A program made the position numbers and the translations under genes. DNA of 64,000 nt from NCBI GenBank assembly GCA_038882975.1, contig JAVZNE010000001.1, positions 1-64,000 on the forward strand, written 5' to 3'. The notes under the pieces were generated by a model. That model saw only the letters and a program-made list of their open reading frames with translations, made no database searches and was not told the origin of the DNA. Positions 1 through 7,760 of this stretch are shown here, piece by piece. How positions within the stretch are numbered: position 1 is the first letter of the stretch; the number at the start of each line of letters is the position of its first letter. Source of the stretch: Candidatus Bathyarchaeia archaeon. Lineage in GTDB: Archaea; Thermoproteota; Bathyarchaeia; Bathyarchaeales; Bathycorpusculaceae.

Positions 1-90
1 ATACGCTTACCCGGGGCTCTATCGCGGCTGGCCGCGCCCTTCTTCGGCGCTCAAGCCGAGCCATCCCCCAGACGGCGTGGCATGTCGGGC
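1..90 (-). rRNA. rrl: 23S rRNA, 5' end (gene continues beyond the left edge of the window)
   Basis: Reverse complement reads GCCGTCTGGGGGATGGCTCGGCTTGAGCGCCGAAGAAGGGCGCGGCCAGCCGCGATAGAGCCCCGGG, matching the conserved archaeal 23S 5' region (GGATGGCTCGGCT..CGCCGA.GAAGG.CG.G.CA.GC.GCGATA). The exact mature 5' end is approximate. Confidence 0.85.
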
Positions 91-274
91 ATTTTGCGGT
101 GTCTGTTTGACGTTGGCTGTGATTGGCATTTGGCAACTTATGGGCCTATGCATGGCTTCATTATGAGCTTAAAGGCTCACTCGCCCTTCACTCCACCACC
201 ACTGCGATGGGGAGCTGCATCATGCTCAATGGCTTAACGTAACGTAGCCAAAATAATTCTGAAGCGGCTTTCAA

Positions 275-290
275 CCATATAAGGGTTACG
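275..290 (-). promoter_or_regulatory. Candidate TATA box for the 23S rRNA precursor
   Basis: Minus strand reads CCCTTATATGG about 190 nt upstream of the 23S 5' end. Confidence 0.35.
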
Positions 291-394
291 TCGCATGTAA
301 TAAAGGTTTTTAATAACTGTCTCACAATGCCAGTTAACATTTTTATTTTTGTTCTGAATATGCCTATGATAGCACACAGGCGTAAACGCTAAGC

Positions 395-471
395 GCCTCG
401 GTAGCTCAGCCTGGTAGAGCAACGGCCTTGTAAGCCGTAGGTCGCGGGATCGAAGCCCGCCCGAGGCTCCA
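395..471 (+). tRNA. tRNA-Thr(TGT)
   Basis: Acceptor stem GCCTCGG/CCGAGGC, anticodon arm ACGGC-CTTGTAA-GCCGT, encoded CCA. Confidence 0.95.
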
Positions 472-534
472 CCTAAAACCCTTAATAAGTCTTAATAGCT
501 GATGCTTCTCATGTCTAGTGTGGTAACCGACTGA

Positions 535-1704
535 ATGGTTGACGTTGAAAGTCTAATTAGCCAAATAACTTCAAAGCTTAAAGGATTCTCGAGAGAGGAA
601 ATTCTCAAAAGACTTGAGGATAGGAGGCAAAAAACTGGAGGCTTAATCTCCAACGAGGTTCTATTACGAACAATAGCTGCGGAACTTGGCGTTGAAATTA
701 CCGCAAACAAGACCGAAGAGCCGACGCTTCTGATAGGTAACCTTGTTCCAGGCCTAAGTGATGTAACCGTTGCAGGGCGTGTTATAGCCATTTTTCCTCC
801 AAAAGATTCGGATGAAAGCCATAAAGGTGGAAGGGCAAGAACTGCGGGTTTAATTATCGCCGACAAAAGCGGTACGTTACCCGTGATCTTATGGAATGAT
901 AAGACGGCTTATACTGAAAAAGGCAAAGTGAGGGTTGGGCAAATCTTGAGGTTTCGCCACGGCTACACGAAGGAGGGACGCCTAGGAAGCGTTGAACTCC
1001 ACATAGGCGAAAAGGGCGAAATAGAAATAGAGCCCAAAGACGTTGAAACGAAAATTTTTCCAAAAATCACAGAACTCGTAACAAAGGTTAAAGCACTAAA
1101 TGCCTTCAAGAACAAACGGGTAAACATGATTGGAGAAGTAAAGAAAATTTTAAGGGCGTCAACCTTTACGAGGCAGAACTCCACTTCTGGAAAAGTTATG
1201 CGCCTCATATTGGCTGACGAAACTGGCGAAATATTAGTGGCGATATGGAACGAAAAAGTTAAAGAGGCGGAAAAGCTTGCCAAAGAGGGCGTTGAACTCT
1301 ACATAGCAAACGCCAAAGTTAAAAAAGCTTTGGACGAGAACCTTGAACTACATGTTGACTCAAGGGCTTACCTAAACATCTTCACAGAAGAGCTCGGATT
1401 CCTCAAAATAGCTGACTTGAAGGATGGTTTAAGAGGGGTATGTGTCAGAGGCATAGTTGCAACCAAACCCTTGATAAGGGAAGTGAAAACTTCAAAAGGA
1501 GAAACAGTAAAACTGGCAGTTTTTGAAATCAAAGACGAAACTGGAAAAATATGGGTTTCGGCGTGGCGAAAAAACGCCGAAGTTGCCAGCAACCTAAAAG
1601 TAGGAGATAAATTAACCGTAAAAAACGCCATCGTCAAGAAAGGATTTGGAGATCAGCTGGAAATATCCACCCAAAAAACAACAACCATAGAAATATCTCT
1701 ATGA
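535..1704 (+). CDS. rpa: Replication protein A (multi-OB-fold ssDNA-binding protein)
   Basis: Three OB-fold repeats with D(K/E)(S/T)G.I...(L/A/I)W motifs and an N-terminal helical extension. Confidence 0.85.
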   Translation: MVDVESLISQITSKLKGFSREEILKRLEDRRQKTGGLISNEVLLRTIAAELGVEITANKTEEPTLLIGNLVPGLSDVTVAGRVIAIFPPKDSDESHKGGRARTAGLIIADKSGTLPVILWNDKTAYTEKGKVRVGQILRFRHGYTKEGRLGSVELHIGEKGEIEIEPKDVETKIFPKITELVTKVKALNAFKNKRVNMIGEVKKILRASTFTRQNSTSGKVMRLILADETGEILVAIWNEKVKEAEKLAKEGVELYIANAKVKKALDENLELHVDSRAYLNIFTEELGFLKIADLKDGLRGVCVRGIVATKPLIREVKTSKGETVKLAVFEIKDETGKIWVSAWRKNAEVASNLKVGDKLTVKNAIVKKGFGDQLEISTQKTTTIEISL

Positions 1705-1719
1705 GATAACTCCAACTAG

Positions 1720-1824
1720 TGCCGGGGGCGGGATTTGAGCCCGCGACCTCTGGCGTTGGGCGCTTAGCCCCCTTCGACTCCAGATTATGAGTCTGGCGCC
1801 CATTCCAGGCTAGGCTACCCCGGC
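1720..1824 (-). tRNA. tRNA-Met(CAT), elongator type, with a 30-nt non-canonical intron at position 45/46 (1748-1777)
   Basis: GCCGGGG acceptor and intact CCAGA-CTCATAA-TCTGG arm. The extra 30 nt form a BHB-like motif (CTGG/CCAG helix, AG^T and AG^G bulges); removal gives variable loop AGGTC. Confidence 0.88.
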
Positions 1825-1978
1825 TGATTTTCCGCTTTTGGTATGATTTTTGCTTGCTTATTTACGTTTCCTAAAGAACAGCAGCTTATCCCTTTCATAT
1901 ATGTCCAAATACAACTTCTAAATGGCGCTTTGGAACAAATAAAATACTCCAAGCTATAACACGCCCACCATAAAAATC

Positions 1979-2110
1979 TCAGGCTAAGGCACCGTGTGTG
2001 GGGCCGAGGCCGGGATTTGAACCCCTTTCTCTTGTTGGCTGCTGGCTCTGAACTTCCTCGTTTAACTTCTTGTCTGGCTTCTCGTCTCTCTCCTTGTCTT
2101 TTCCTTCCAT
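1979..2110 (-). pseudogene. int(N): N-terminal fragment of the split integrase of element A
   Basis: ATG at 2110 with GGAGG SD and TTTTAAA TATA box near 2157-2163. Reads MEGKDKERD...RERGSNPGLGPT through the att repeat, in frame with the 4573-5622 ORF once the att copies are joined. Confidence 0.85.
1997..2024. repeat. att site of element A (copy of the tRNA-His 3' end)
   Basis: TGTGGGGCCGAGGCCGGGATTTGAACCC is identical to 5659-5686. Confidence 0.95.
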
Positions 2111-2263
2111 CTTAGGGGTTCCTCCTTGCAGTCTCTATATTGTGGTGGCTTCTGCATTTAAAACTTATCTATGACTTGAGTTCAGAATATTGGCTGGGAG
2201 CTCTGGGGGGCTATTCGGCTTCTGGAACTTGGGGGTTCCTCCGACTGGCTCTCTGGGGCTCCC

Positions 2264-2587
2264 CTATTCGGCTGTTTTTATGAGTTGGAATTCAATGGCG
2301 TAAACGAATATTTCTGGCTGCCAGAAGCCATAAAGCCTAATCCATGTTGCCTTAAACTCTTCTAGGCTGTTGAAGCCTTCTGCTTTGGCTTCTTCTGGGG
2401 TTATGTCGCCTAGGCGCTGCTGCCAACATCTAACTATTTTGACGTAAGCCTTAGGGCCTTCCGAATAATCGTCCATGATTGGGTAGATGCAGCCTTCCTT
2501 CCATAGGGGCTTTAAGCGTCTGGTTTGAGTTTTGCGGCCTTCCAGGATGAGAAAAAGGAGGGGGCGTTTGAAGATAAGCGGCGGCAT
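2264..2587 (-). CDS. ASCH domain protein
   Basis: F....ILEGRKTQTRR signature and QRLGDITPEEAKAEGF motif. Confidence 0.85.
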   Translation of the reverse strand: MPPLIFKRPLLFLILEGRKTQTRRLKPLWKEGCIYPIMDDYSEGPKAYVKIVRCWQQRLGDITPEEAKAEGFNSLEEFKATWIRLYGFWQPEIFVYAIEFQLIKTAE

Positions 2588-2591
2588 GGGT

Positions 2592-2711
2592 TTATTCCCT
2601 TCCTGGGGGCGTTGGGAATCCGCAGCTTGGGCAAGCTTTGGGGCTTAAGCGTCTGATATATTGACGGCCGCAATAGGGGCATTTGGCATCTAGCCTAAAG
2701 GGGTCTGCCAT
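2592..2711 (-). CDS. 39-aa zinc-ribbon microprotein (absent from the ORF track)
   Basis: MADPFRLDAKCPYCGRQYIRRLSPKACPSCGFPTPPGRE, with two CxxC motifs and a GGAGG SD upstream. Confidence 0.65.
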   Translation of the reverse strand: MADPFRLDAKCPYCGRQYIRRLSPKACPSCGFPTPPGRE

Positions 2712-2944
2712 TTCGTGGGTTCCTCCTCGGTTAAAAGGCTTAAGGGTTGGCGCTATTTAAAATCAACGTCAGAATTGTTTAGAGCTGTCTGAATAAGGCT
2801 CAATATGCGGAGAAAATGGAGTTTTGGAAGCCTTTATTTTCGCCGGCCCCTCCCCCTAGGGTTTCCATTGGAAAATGTCAATTTTAGGGCCTCTGAAACT
2901 GCAAAATTGACCTACCCCCTCTAGGTTTTTAAGCATCTCTCCCC

Positions 2945-3118
2945 CTAGGTGTTGGCAGCTTTGACGTGTTCCGTTAAAAGGCTTAGGGTTTTGGCGTAAT
3001 CCATTAGGGCAGTGCGGAGGGTTTCAGATTCGCTTATTCCAAGCCTTTGGCTTATGCGTTTTAAAATCTCATGTTGCTGGCTGCTTAAGACGACTTTGAC
3101 GATGTGTTTTCTTGGCAT
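2945..3118 (-). CDS. 57-aa ribbon-helix-helix (CopG-like) regulator (absent from the ORF track)
   Basis: MPRKHIVKVVLSSQQHEILKRISQRLGISESETLRTALMDY: alternating beta strand followed by helix-GIS-helix. Confidence 0.75.
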   Translation of the reverse strand: MPRKHIVKVVLSSQQHEILKRISQRLGISESETLRTALMDYAKTLSLLTEHVKAANT

Positions 3119-3132
3119 TTTAGCCGTCGGCC

Positions 3133-3429
3133 CTAGTGTTTTGGCCCTTGTCTCGCCTGCAGTTTCTTACGGATTTTCTCCAGCTTCAGTTTGCCAGGGC
3201 TAGGGGCTGCGGCTCGCTTTTGTTTGGGCCATATTCTGGTGGCTGTTCTGAAACGCTCATAGCAGCGGGGACACTGCCAAAGGTGAATGAAAACTCGGAT
3301 TCGGCCCTTGCCGCGTTCCTCTTTGGGCGTAGCCTCCCATTCCTTAACTAGGTTGGCGGGTCTTTTGGCGATAGCGCCACAATAGGGGCATTGGGCTTCT
3401 TGTGCCAAGGCTGGCATTGGCTCTGTCAT
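3133..3429 (-). CDS. Zinc-ribbon protein resembling the Cren7 chromatin family
   Basis: CPYC...KEWEATPK...GRIRVFIHLWQCPRCYERFR resembles Cren7 [28 protein letters not shown]. Confidence 0.55.
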   Translation of the reverse strand: MTEPMPALAQEAQCPYCGAIAKRPANLVKEWEATPKEERGKGRIRVFIHLWQCPRCYERFRTATRIWPKQKRAAAPSPGKLKLEKIRKKLQARQGPKH

Positions 3430-3586
3430 TTGGCTTTCTCCTTCTTTGCAGCCTTTGCGGTCTTCTCATGATTTTGGCTTTCCAGGGAAAGACCTCCAAA
3501 AAATAAGATATGCTGGAATCAGTTTTTAGCAGTTCCGCCAAAATTTAAGTTTCTAGGTTTGAAAGGACAGAGAAAAAGGGGGATTT

Positions 3587-4015
3587 TTAACGGATTCTTT
3601 TAGAGCCTCTTTCCATGTCTGCTGTTGAGCCTCTTCCCGCTTGCAGTTCCTCGCTTTCCATGTCTTCTTCAAAATCAAAATCTGAATCCATGTTAGCCTC
3701 TGCCTCTGTGTCTGTTTCGGCTTCTCGGTGCTTTTTCCCTCGCTTAAGGTCTTCCGCCTTTATTCCTGGAAGTCCTTCGCCTGTGCTGTCTCTGAAGGCT
3801 TCCTCTTCAGGCTGCTGTTTTTTCTTTCGCCATATGCGCCTTCTTTGGTCTAGGGGCTCGTTGAAAACGCCTAGTTCTCGGTAAAGCACTGCTTTGGCGT
3901 ATTCAGAGGGCTTCATGTGGAACAGGGCTGCCACTTGCCTTAAGCGGTCTTCTGCCAAAGGGCCTATGCGGAAGGTGATTTGACGTCTTTTCCCATATTT
4001 GTCGGGCGGACTCAT
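3587..4015 (-). CDS. RHH-type DNA-binding protein with acidic C-terminal tail
   Basis: RQITFRIG...RLRQVAALFHMKPSEYAKAVL RHH pattern and a D/E-rich tail. The likely start is ATG at 4015, overlapping the upstream stop. Confidence 0.6.
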   Translation of the reverse strand: MSPPDKYGKRRQITFRIGPLAEDRLRQVAALFHMKPSEYAKAVLYRELGVFNEPLDQRRRIWRKKKQQPEEEAFRDSTGEGLPGIKAEDLKRGKKHREAETDTEAEANMDSDFDFEEDMESEELQAGRGSTADMERGSKRIR

Positions 4016-4383
4016 TTTTTCCATACCCCCATGTTTTGATGATTTTCTATGTTGTGGTTGCATGGTTTTTCTGAAAGCTGCTGCTTTGACGGTTTTATGA
4101 TGGATTCCGCTACAATGGAGTTTTGCAGTTCTGCAGCTGCTGGCGAATGAATAAAGTTAGCGTTTTCCGTCAATGTAGATGTTTTAGGTTTTCTTTTTCC
4201 ATACATGCGGGGCTTGATGCGTAAGAGTTTATGACATTGAGGACATCGGAAGGCACCATTATGAGGTACTGCTTCAGTCTTTGGGATTTTCCGCCCGCAG
4301 TTACCACACCAAAAACCGTTATCGTATATGCTGACTTTTGGAATCCATTTTTGGGCTTTGCTGTTCCACCGCCAGCGCTTCAT
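4012..4383 (-). CDS. Zinc-ribbon protein
   Basis: FWCGNCG...FRCPQCHKLLRIKPR. Confidence 0.65.
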   Translation of the reverse strand: MKRWRWNSKAQKWIPKVSIYDNGFWCGNCGRKIPKTEAVPHNGAFRCPQCHKLLRIKPRMYGKRKPKTSTLTENANFIHSPAAAELQNSIVAESIIKPSKQQLSEKPCNHNIENHQNMGVWKK

Positions 4384-4456
4384 AGATGGGCCTCCAAAGT
4401 TTTCTGATGGCCGTTAAGTTTGTCGCGGTCTTTTAGCCGTCTTTTTCTTTTCATTG

Positions 4457-4573
4457 TTAGGCCTCCGCTTCTAGGAAGGGGCAGACGGCGTGTTTTGTTA
4501 TGCATTTTCCGCCGAAGACGCAGGGTCCGTTTTTGCTGCAGTGGAAGGTTAGCTCAAGCTTTCTTTTCGCCAT
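4457..4573 (-). CDS. 38-aa Cys-rich microprotein (absent from the ORF track)
   Basis: MAKRKLELTFHCSKNGPCVFGGKCITKHAVCPFLEAEA; its ATG overlaps the integrase stop (TAATG). Confidence 0.5.
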   Translation of the reverse strand: MAKRKLELTFHCSKNGPCVFGGKCITKHAVCPFLEAEA

Positions 4574-5686
4574 TATGGCACCCACCTTGGCCGCTTAAAA
4601 AACATCGTGTCCGTTGTCTGCAGGGCTAGTTCCCAGCCTTCCGCTAGGAACCGGCTTATGGCTTCTTTGTCATGGATTCCGCAGTTTTCCACGTCAAAGC
4701 GTCTTGGCTGGTCTGGGTAAAGGTGGATGTATATCATGGTGGTTTCTAGGCTGCGGTGGCCTAGGCTTCTGCTGACCAGCGCCAAATCCTTGGTGGCATT
4801 ATATAGGCGGGTGGCAAAGGCATGGCGGTAGGCGTAAAGGCATAAGCCTCTAATGTTGTAGCCTGCGGCTGCAAGCTGCTTTTTAATCTGGTCCATGACG
4901 TGTTGGCAGTCTTTATAGTCCATGGGTTTTCCAGGCACATAGGGCTTGGTGAAAACATAGTTTTCCGGGCCTTTGTCCGCCGTATAGGTGCGCAGCATTT
5001 CTGCCAGCAGCGGGCTTATGGGAAGTTCCCTCTGCAAACATGCGCCGCTCCGCTTCTCTGAGCCTATTCGCACCAGTAAACGGTCAAAGTTGATGTCTTG
5101 TTTCCGCATTTGGAAGGGCTCGCAAGGCCTAGGCCCACACTCATAAAGCAGCCGGAAATAACAGCGCCACCTCAACTGTTTTGGAACTACTAGGCTGGCT
5201 TGAAGCGTGCTTTCCGGCGGCAGAACCGGCAGCGGCCTCCTCTTATCTCTTAAAACTTCCAATTTTTCTTTGATGCCGTTGGCTTCCCGGTACTTGTTAT
5301 AGGCGGCTATGAAGTTTTTCAATTGTCCTTTAAGCTCCGGCCTAGCAAGCACTCGGCTAACTGCTTTAACATCGTCTAGGTTTCCATGCACCATAACCGC
5401 CAGTCTAACCAAAATCTTCCTATAAGCCACAGCCACCCTTTCCTGCAACCTTCCAGAATCCACCCTCTGCTGCAAAAACACCGCAGTCCTAAAAATCCTC
5501 TGCAAAACTTCCCTAGGCAACCTCGCCTCCAAACTCTTCCAATATTCTAAACTGCGCTGTACCTGAAGCTCCCTCCCTATCTCCGCAAACCTCATGACAT
5601 TCTCAAAAACAGTGGTAGACACAGCGCCCGCCCATAAATCCCGGGCTAAGGCACCAATTGTGGGGCCGAGGCCGGGATTTGAACCC
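4573..5686 (-). CDS. int: int(C): catalytic portion of the split tyrosine integrase of element A
   Basis: Catalytic residues in GPRPCE, YAYRHAFA and LGHRSLETTMIY. The frame stays open upstream of the GTG at 5622 into the att/tRNA sequence. Confidence 0.9.
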
Positions 5687-5737
5687 GGGCGCCGGGCTCC
5701 ACAGGCCCGTAGGCTTCCAGGCTACCTCACCTCGGCC
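5661..5737 (-). tRNA. tRNA-His(GTG), target of two integrated elements
   Basis: G-1 plus GCCGAGG acceptor, CGGGC-CTGTGGA-GCCCG anticodon arm, C73 discriminator and encoded CCA. Confidence 0.95.
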
Positions 5738-5749
5738 ACTTTCATGGAC

Positions 5750-5785
5750 TTTTCCGTGACCTCGGCCGCTTTTCCGTAACCTCGA
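5750..5785. repeat. Tandem ~20-bp repeat next to the element B att site
   Basis: CTTTTCCGTGACCTCGGCCG followed by CTTTTCCGTAACCTCG; ACCTCG also occurs in the att core. Confidence 0.6.
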
Positions 5786-5797
5786 TACATCCTCAGC

Positions 5798-6994
5798 CTA
5801 TTTTCTTTTGCGGTATAGGCGGACACCGTTAACCACGTCGAAGGGTTCAAATCCTATTTCACCCAGTTTAACGGCCTCTTCAACGTTGTGGACGGCTTTG
5901 ATTATGAACTGGTCGTTTGGAAGGTTGTTGAAAAGGTTTTTGTCAAGTTGAATGTATATGAGTGTGTTGTCGATTTCCTTGTGGCCTAAGAACTCTTTGA
6001 CATGTAGAATGTCCTTCGTGTAGTGGTATTCCATTGTTGCGCGCCAATGCCTTAGAGTGTGGAAGGTTATGTTAAGCAGCCTTGGATTTTGCAGTTTAAA
6101 GGCCAAGCGTCTTCTAGCCCTGTAGAATATGGCTTTTAGGCTGTTTAAGGTGCAATCTCCAAACACGTATTGGCTTTTCCTAGGCAAAGCGTTAAGCATT
6201 CCTAGGAGTTTTCCGCTTAAGTTGTTGAAGATCCGTGGTAGGCTGCCTTTTTCAGGCGTGTTCAATATTATTATGCGTCTTTGAAAGTCTATGTCTGTCC
6301 ATTTGAGCCTTTTAGCTTCTCCGGCCCTCATGGCTGTTTCTTTAAGCAGTTGAAGGAATGTTGCCACTGTTTGGGGGCAGCCGGCTATAAGCTCGTCTAT
6401 TTCAGACTCCAAGGGTATGAAGGGGATTTTACGGGTCACTTGGCATTTCGGCTTCTCCCATTTTAACCCGTTGTATTTTAGGAAAAGCGTGTAGGCGTTG
6501 ATTATGTTTCTCCGCCTGTTAGGGCCCCATCCTTGTTCTTTAGCTAAAACTTCCTTTACGGTTTCCGGATTGAATAGGTTGGCGCCTTTAGCTGTTAAGG
6601 TTCTGAGGGCTCCAGTGTTTAGGCGTATGGTTTCAGCAGCATAGCCCTGCTTCTGCATCCACCATGCAAACTCAAAGATTTTTTCTTTTACATCTATCTC
6701 CCTTTGGGTTGTCTCCACAGCAGGGTTTCCATTTTGAGCTGTGGAGGCCAAGTTTTTCGCGCCTCTTGCCAAGGACACGCATACTTGGCGTTTAAAAGAT
6801 ATGTCGCTGTTCAAATTTAAAATCTGCCTTCCACCTTTACGTTTCGGGTTCTCTCTGAAGCGAAGCCCACAGTTTCGGCAAAGCCAACGTTGAACAGTTG
6901 AGCCGTCGCCTCGATAGCCTAAACCGTCGCGGTAAAGCTTTTCAGAGCCGCATTCAGGGCATTTAACGTTTTCCTTGGCAGAGGCCTCATACAA
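5798..6994 (-). CDS. int: Tyrosine integrase with N-terminal zinc ribbon (element B)
   Basis: CPECGS...CRNCG N-terminus; catalytic motifs TAMRAGE, FHTLRHW and LGHKEIDNTLIY. Confidence 0.92.
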   Translation of the reverse strand: MYEASAKENVKCPECGSEKLYRDGLGYRGDGSTVQRWLCRNCGLRFRENPKRKGGRQILNLNSDISFKRQVCVSLARGAKNLASTAQNGNPAVETTQREIDVKEKIFEFAWWMQKQGYAAETIRLNTGALRTLTAKGANLFNPETVKEVLAKEQGWGPNRRRNIINAYTLFLKYNGLKWEKPKCQVTRKIPFIPLESEIDELIAGCPQTVATFLQLLKETAMRAGEAKRLKWTDIDFQRRIIILNTPEKGSLPRIFNNLSGKLLGMLNALPRKSQYVFGDCTLNSLKAIFYRARRRLAFKLQNPRLLNITFHTLRHWRATMEYHYTKDILHVKEFLGHKEIDNTLIYIQLDKNLFNNLPNDQFIIKAVHNVEEAVKLGEIGFEPFDVVNGVRLYRKRK

Positions 6995-6995
6995 T

Positions 6996-7460
6996 TTAAG
7001 CCTTCAACCTCCATGGAATTGGCACTCTTTTCTTTAGGAATTTTATATCTGGACTTCCAACAACCTCGTAGCCTTGCTCTATAAGCTGCTTTATCTCTTC
7101 AAGTGACCCTGCTGGCTTAACAATGTATTCTTTAATAGGCTCTAGTAATCCGCGTTTTAGCTTTTCCAACTCGTTAATTTGGGCTTTAAGCTTAGCGATT
7201 TTCCGCATGTAAGCTTTAATGATAAGTTTAAGATTTTCGTTAACCCATTGAATTTGTAGTTGAGCTTCAGGACTTAGCTTGTTACGAGTTATTATGGCAT
7301 GGCATGAAGCGCAAAGCATGACGGTTATTTCTGGATCATAGCTGATATGGTGGACATCAAACATTTCCCTAGGCCCTCTAGCCCCACAAATAGCACATTC
7401 AAAAACGTTGGAGAACAAGAAGGAAACGACAGCCTTAGAGGGGCTAGAGGCCTCAGTCAT
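6996..7460 (-). CDS. HNH-like zinc-binding nuclease with coiled coil and integrase-like C-terminal module
   Basis: CAICG...DVHHISY...MLCASCH. Confidence 0.7.
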   Translation of the reverse strand: MTEASSPSKAVVSFLFSNVFECAICGARGPREMFDVHHISYDPEITVMLCASCHAIITRNKLSPEAQLQIQWVNENLKLIIKAYMRKIAKLKAQINELEKLKRGLLEPIKEYIVKPAGSLEEIKQLIEQGYEVVGSPDIKFLKKRVPIPWRLKA

Positions 7461-7466
7461 GACGGC

Positions 7467-7697
7467 TTAAACTCCCTTCAAAATTTTAGGGGGTCTTCCA
7501 GGCGGAAGTTTAGGCTTCTCTCTGGAAGGCTTATGGAGCAGGGGCATGAGGGCTAACAAAAGCTGGATTTCAGTAAGCAGCCGTTGGTTATGCCTGATAT
7601 AGTGAATGATTTTGTTGACTGTTGGATTCCGTTTTCGAGTTTTAATGAACTCTTCTATGGCTGTAAGCTCTTTCAGGGTGAAAATGTAGCTTCTCAT
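7467..7697 (-). CDS. Small basic protein, possible recombination-directionality or regulatory factor
   Basis: 76-aa K/R-rich ORF (MRSYIFT...PGRPPK) co-oriented upstream of HNH-int; function inferred from position only. Confidence 0.55.
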   Translation of the reverse strand: MRSYIFTLKELTAIEEFIKTRKRNPTVNKIIHYIRHNQRLLTEIQLLLALMPLLHKPSREKPKLPPGRPPKILKGV

Positions 7698-7760
7698 GGC
7701 TTGTTACCCCTTCTCTGCAAAAATTTTCGCTAAATTCCAACAGTTGGAATTTCTAGCCCC

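Larger units (their letters stand above)
1997..5686 (-). mobile_element. Integrated element A (3662 bp between att copies), SSV1-type split-integrase element in the 3' end of tRNA-His
   Basis: Flanked by a perfect 28-bp direct repeat covering the tRNA-His T-arm and 3' end; contains the split tyrosine integrase and small DNA-binding ORFs. Confidence 0.9.

Noticed and set aside
1-234. Possible RNase P or SRP RNA
   Set aside because: The GC-rich stretch matches the 23S rRNA 5' region on the minus strand instead.
1997-2024. Second tRNA-His gene or half of a trans-spliced split tRNA (together with 16241-16257)
   Set aside because: The fragments lack the anticodon arm and complementary leaders, an intact gene exists, and both sit at the ends of integrase-bearing elements.
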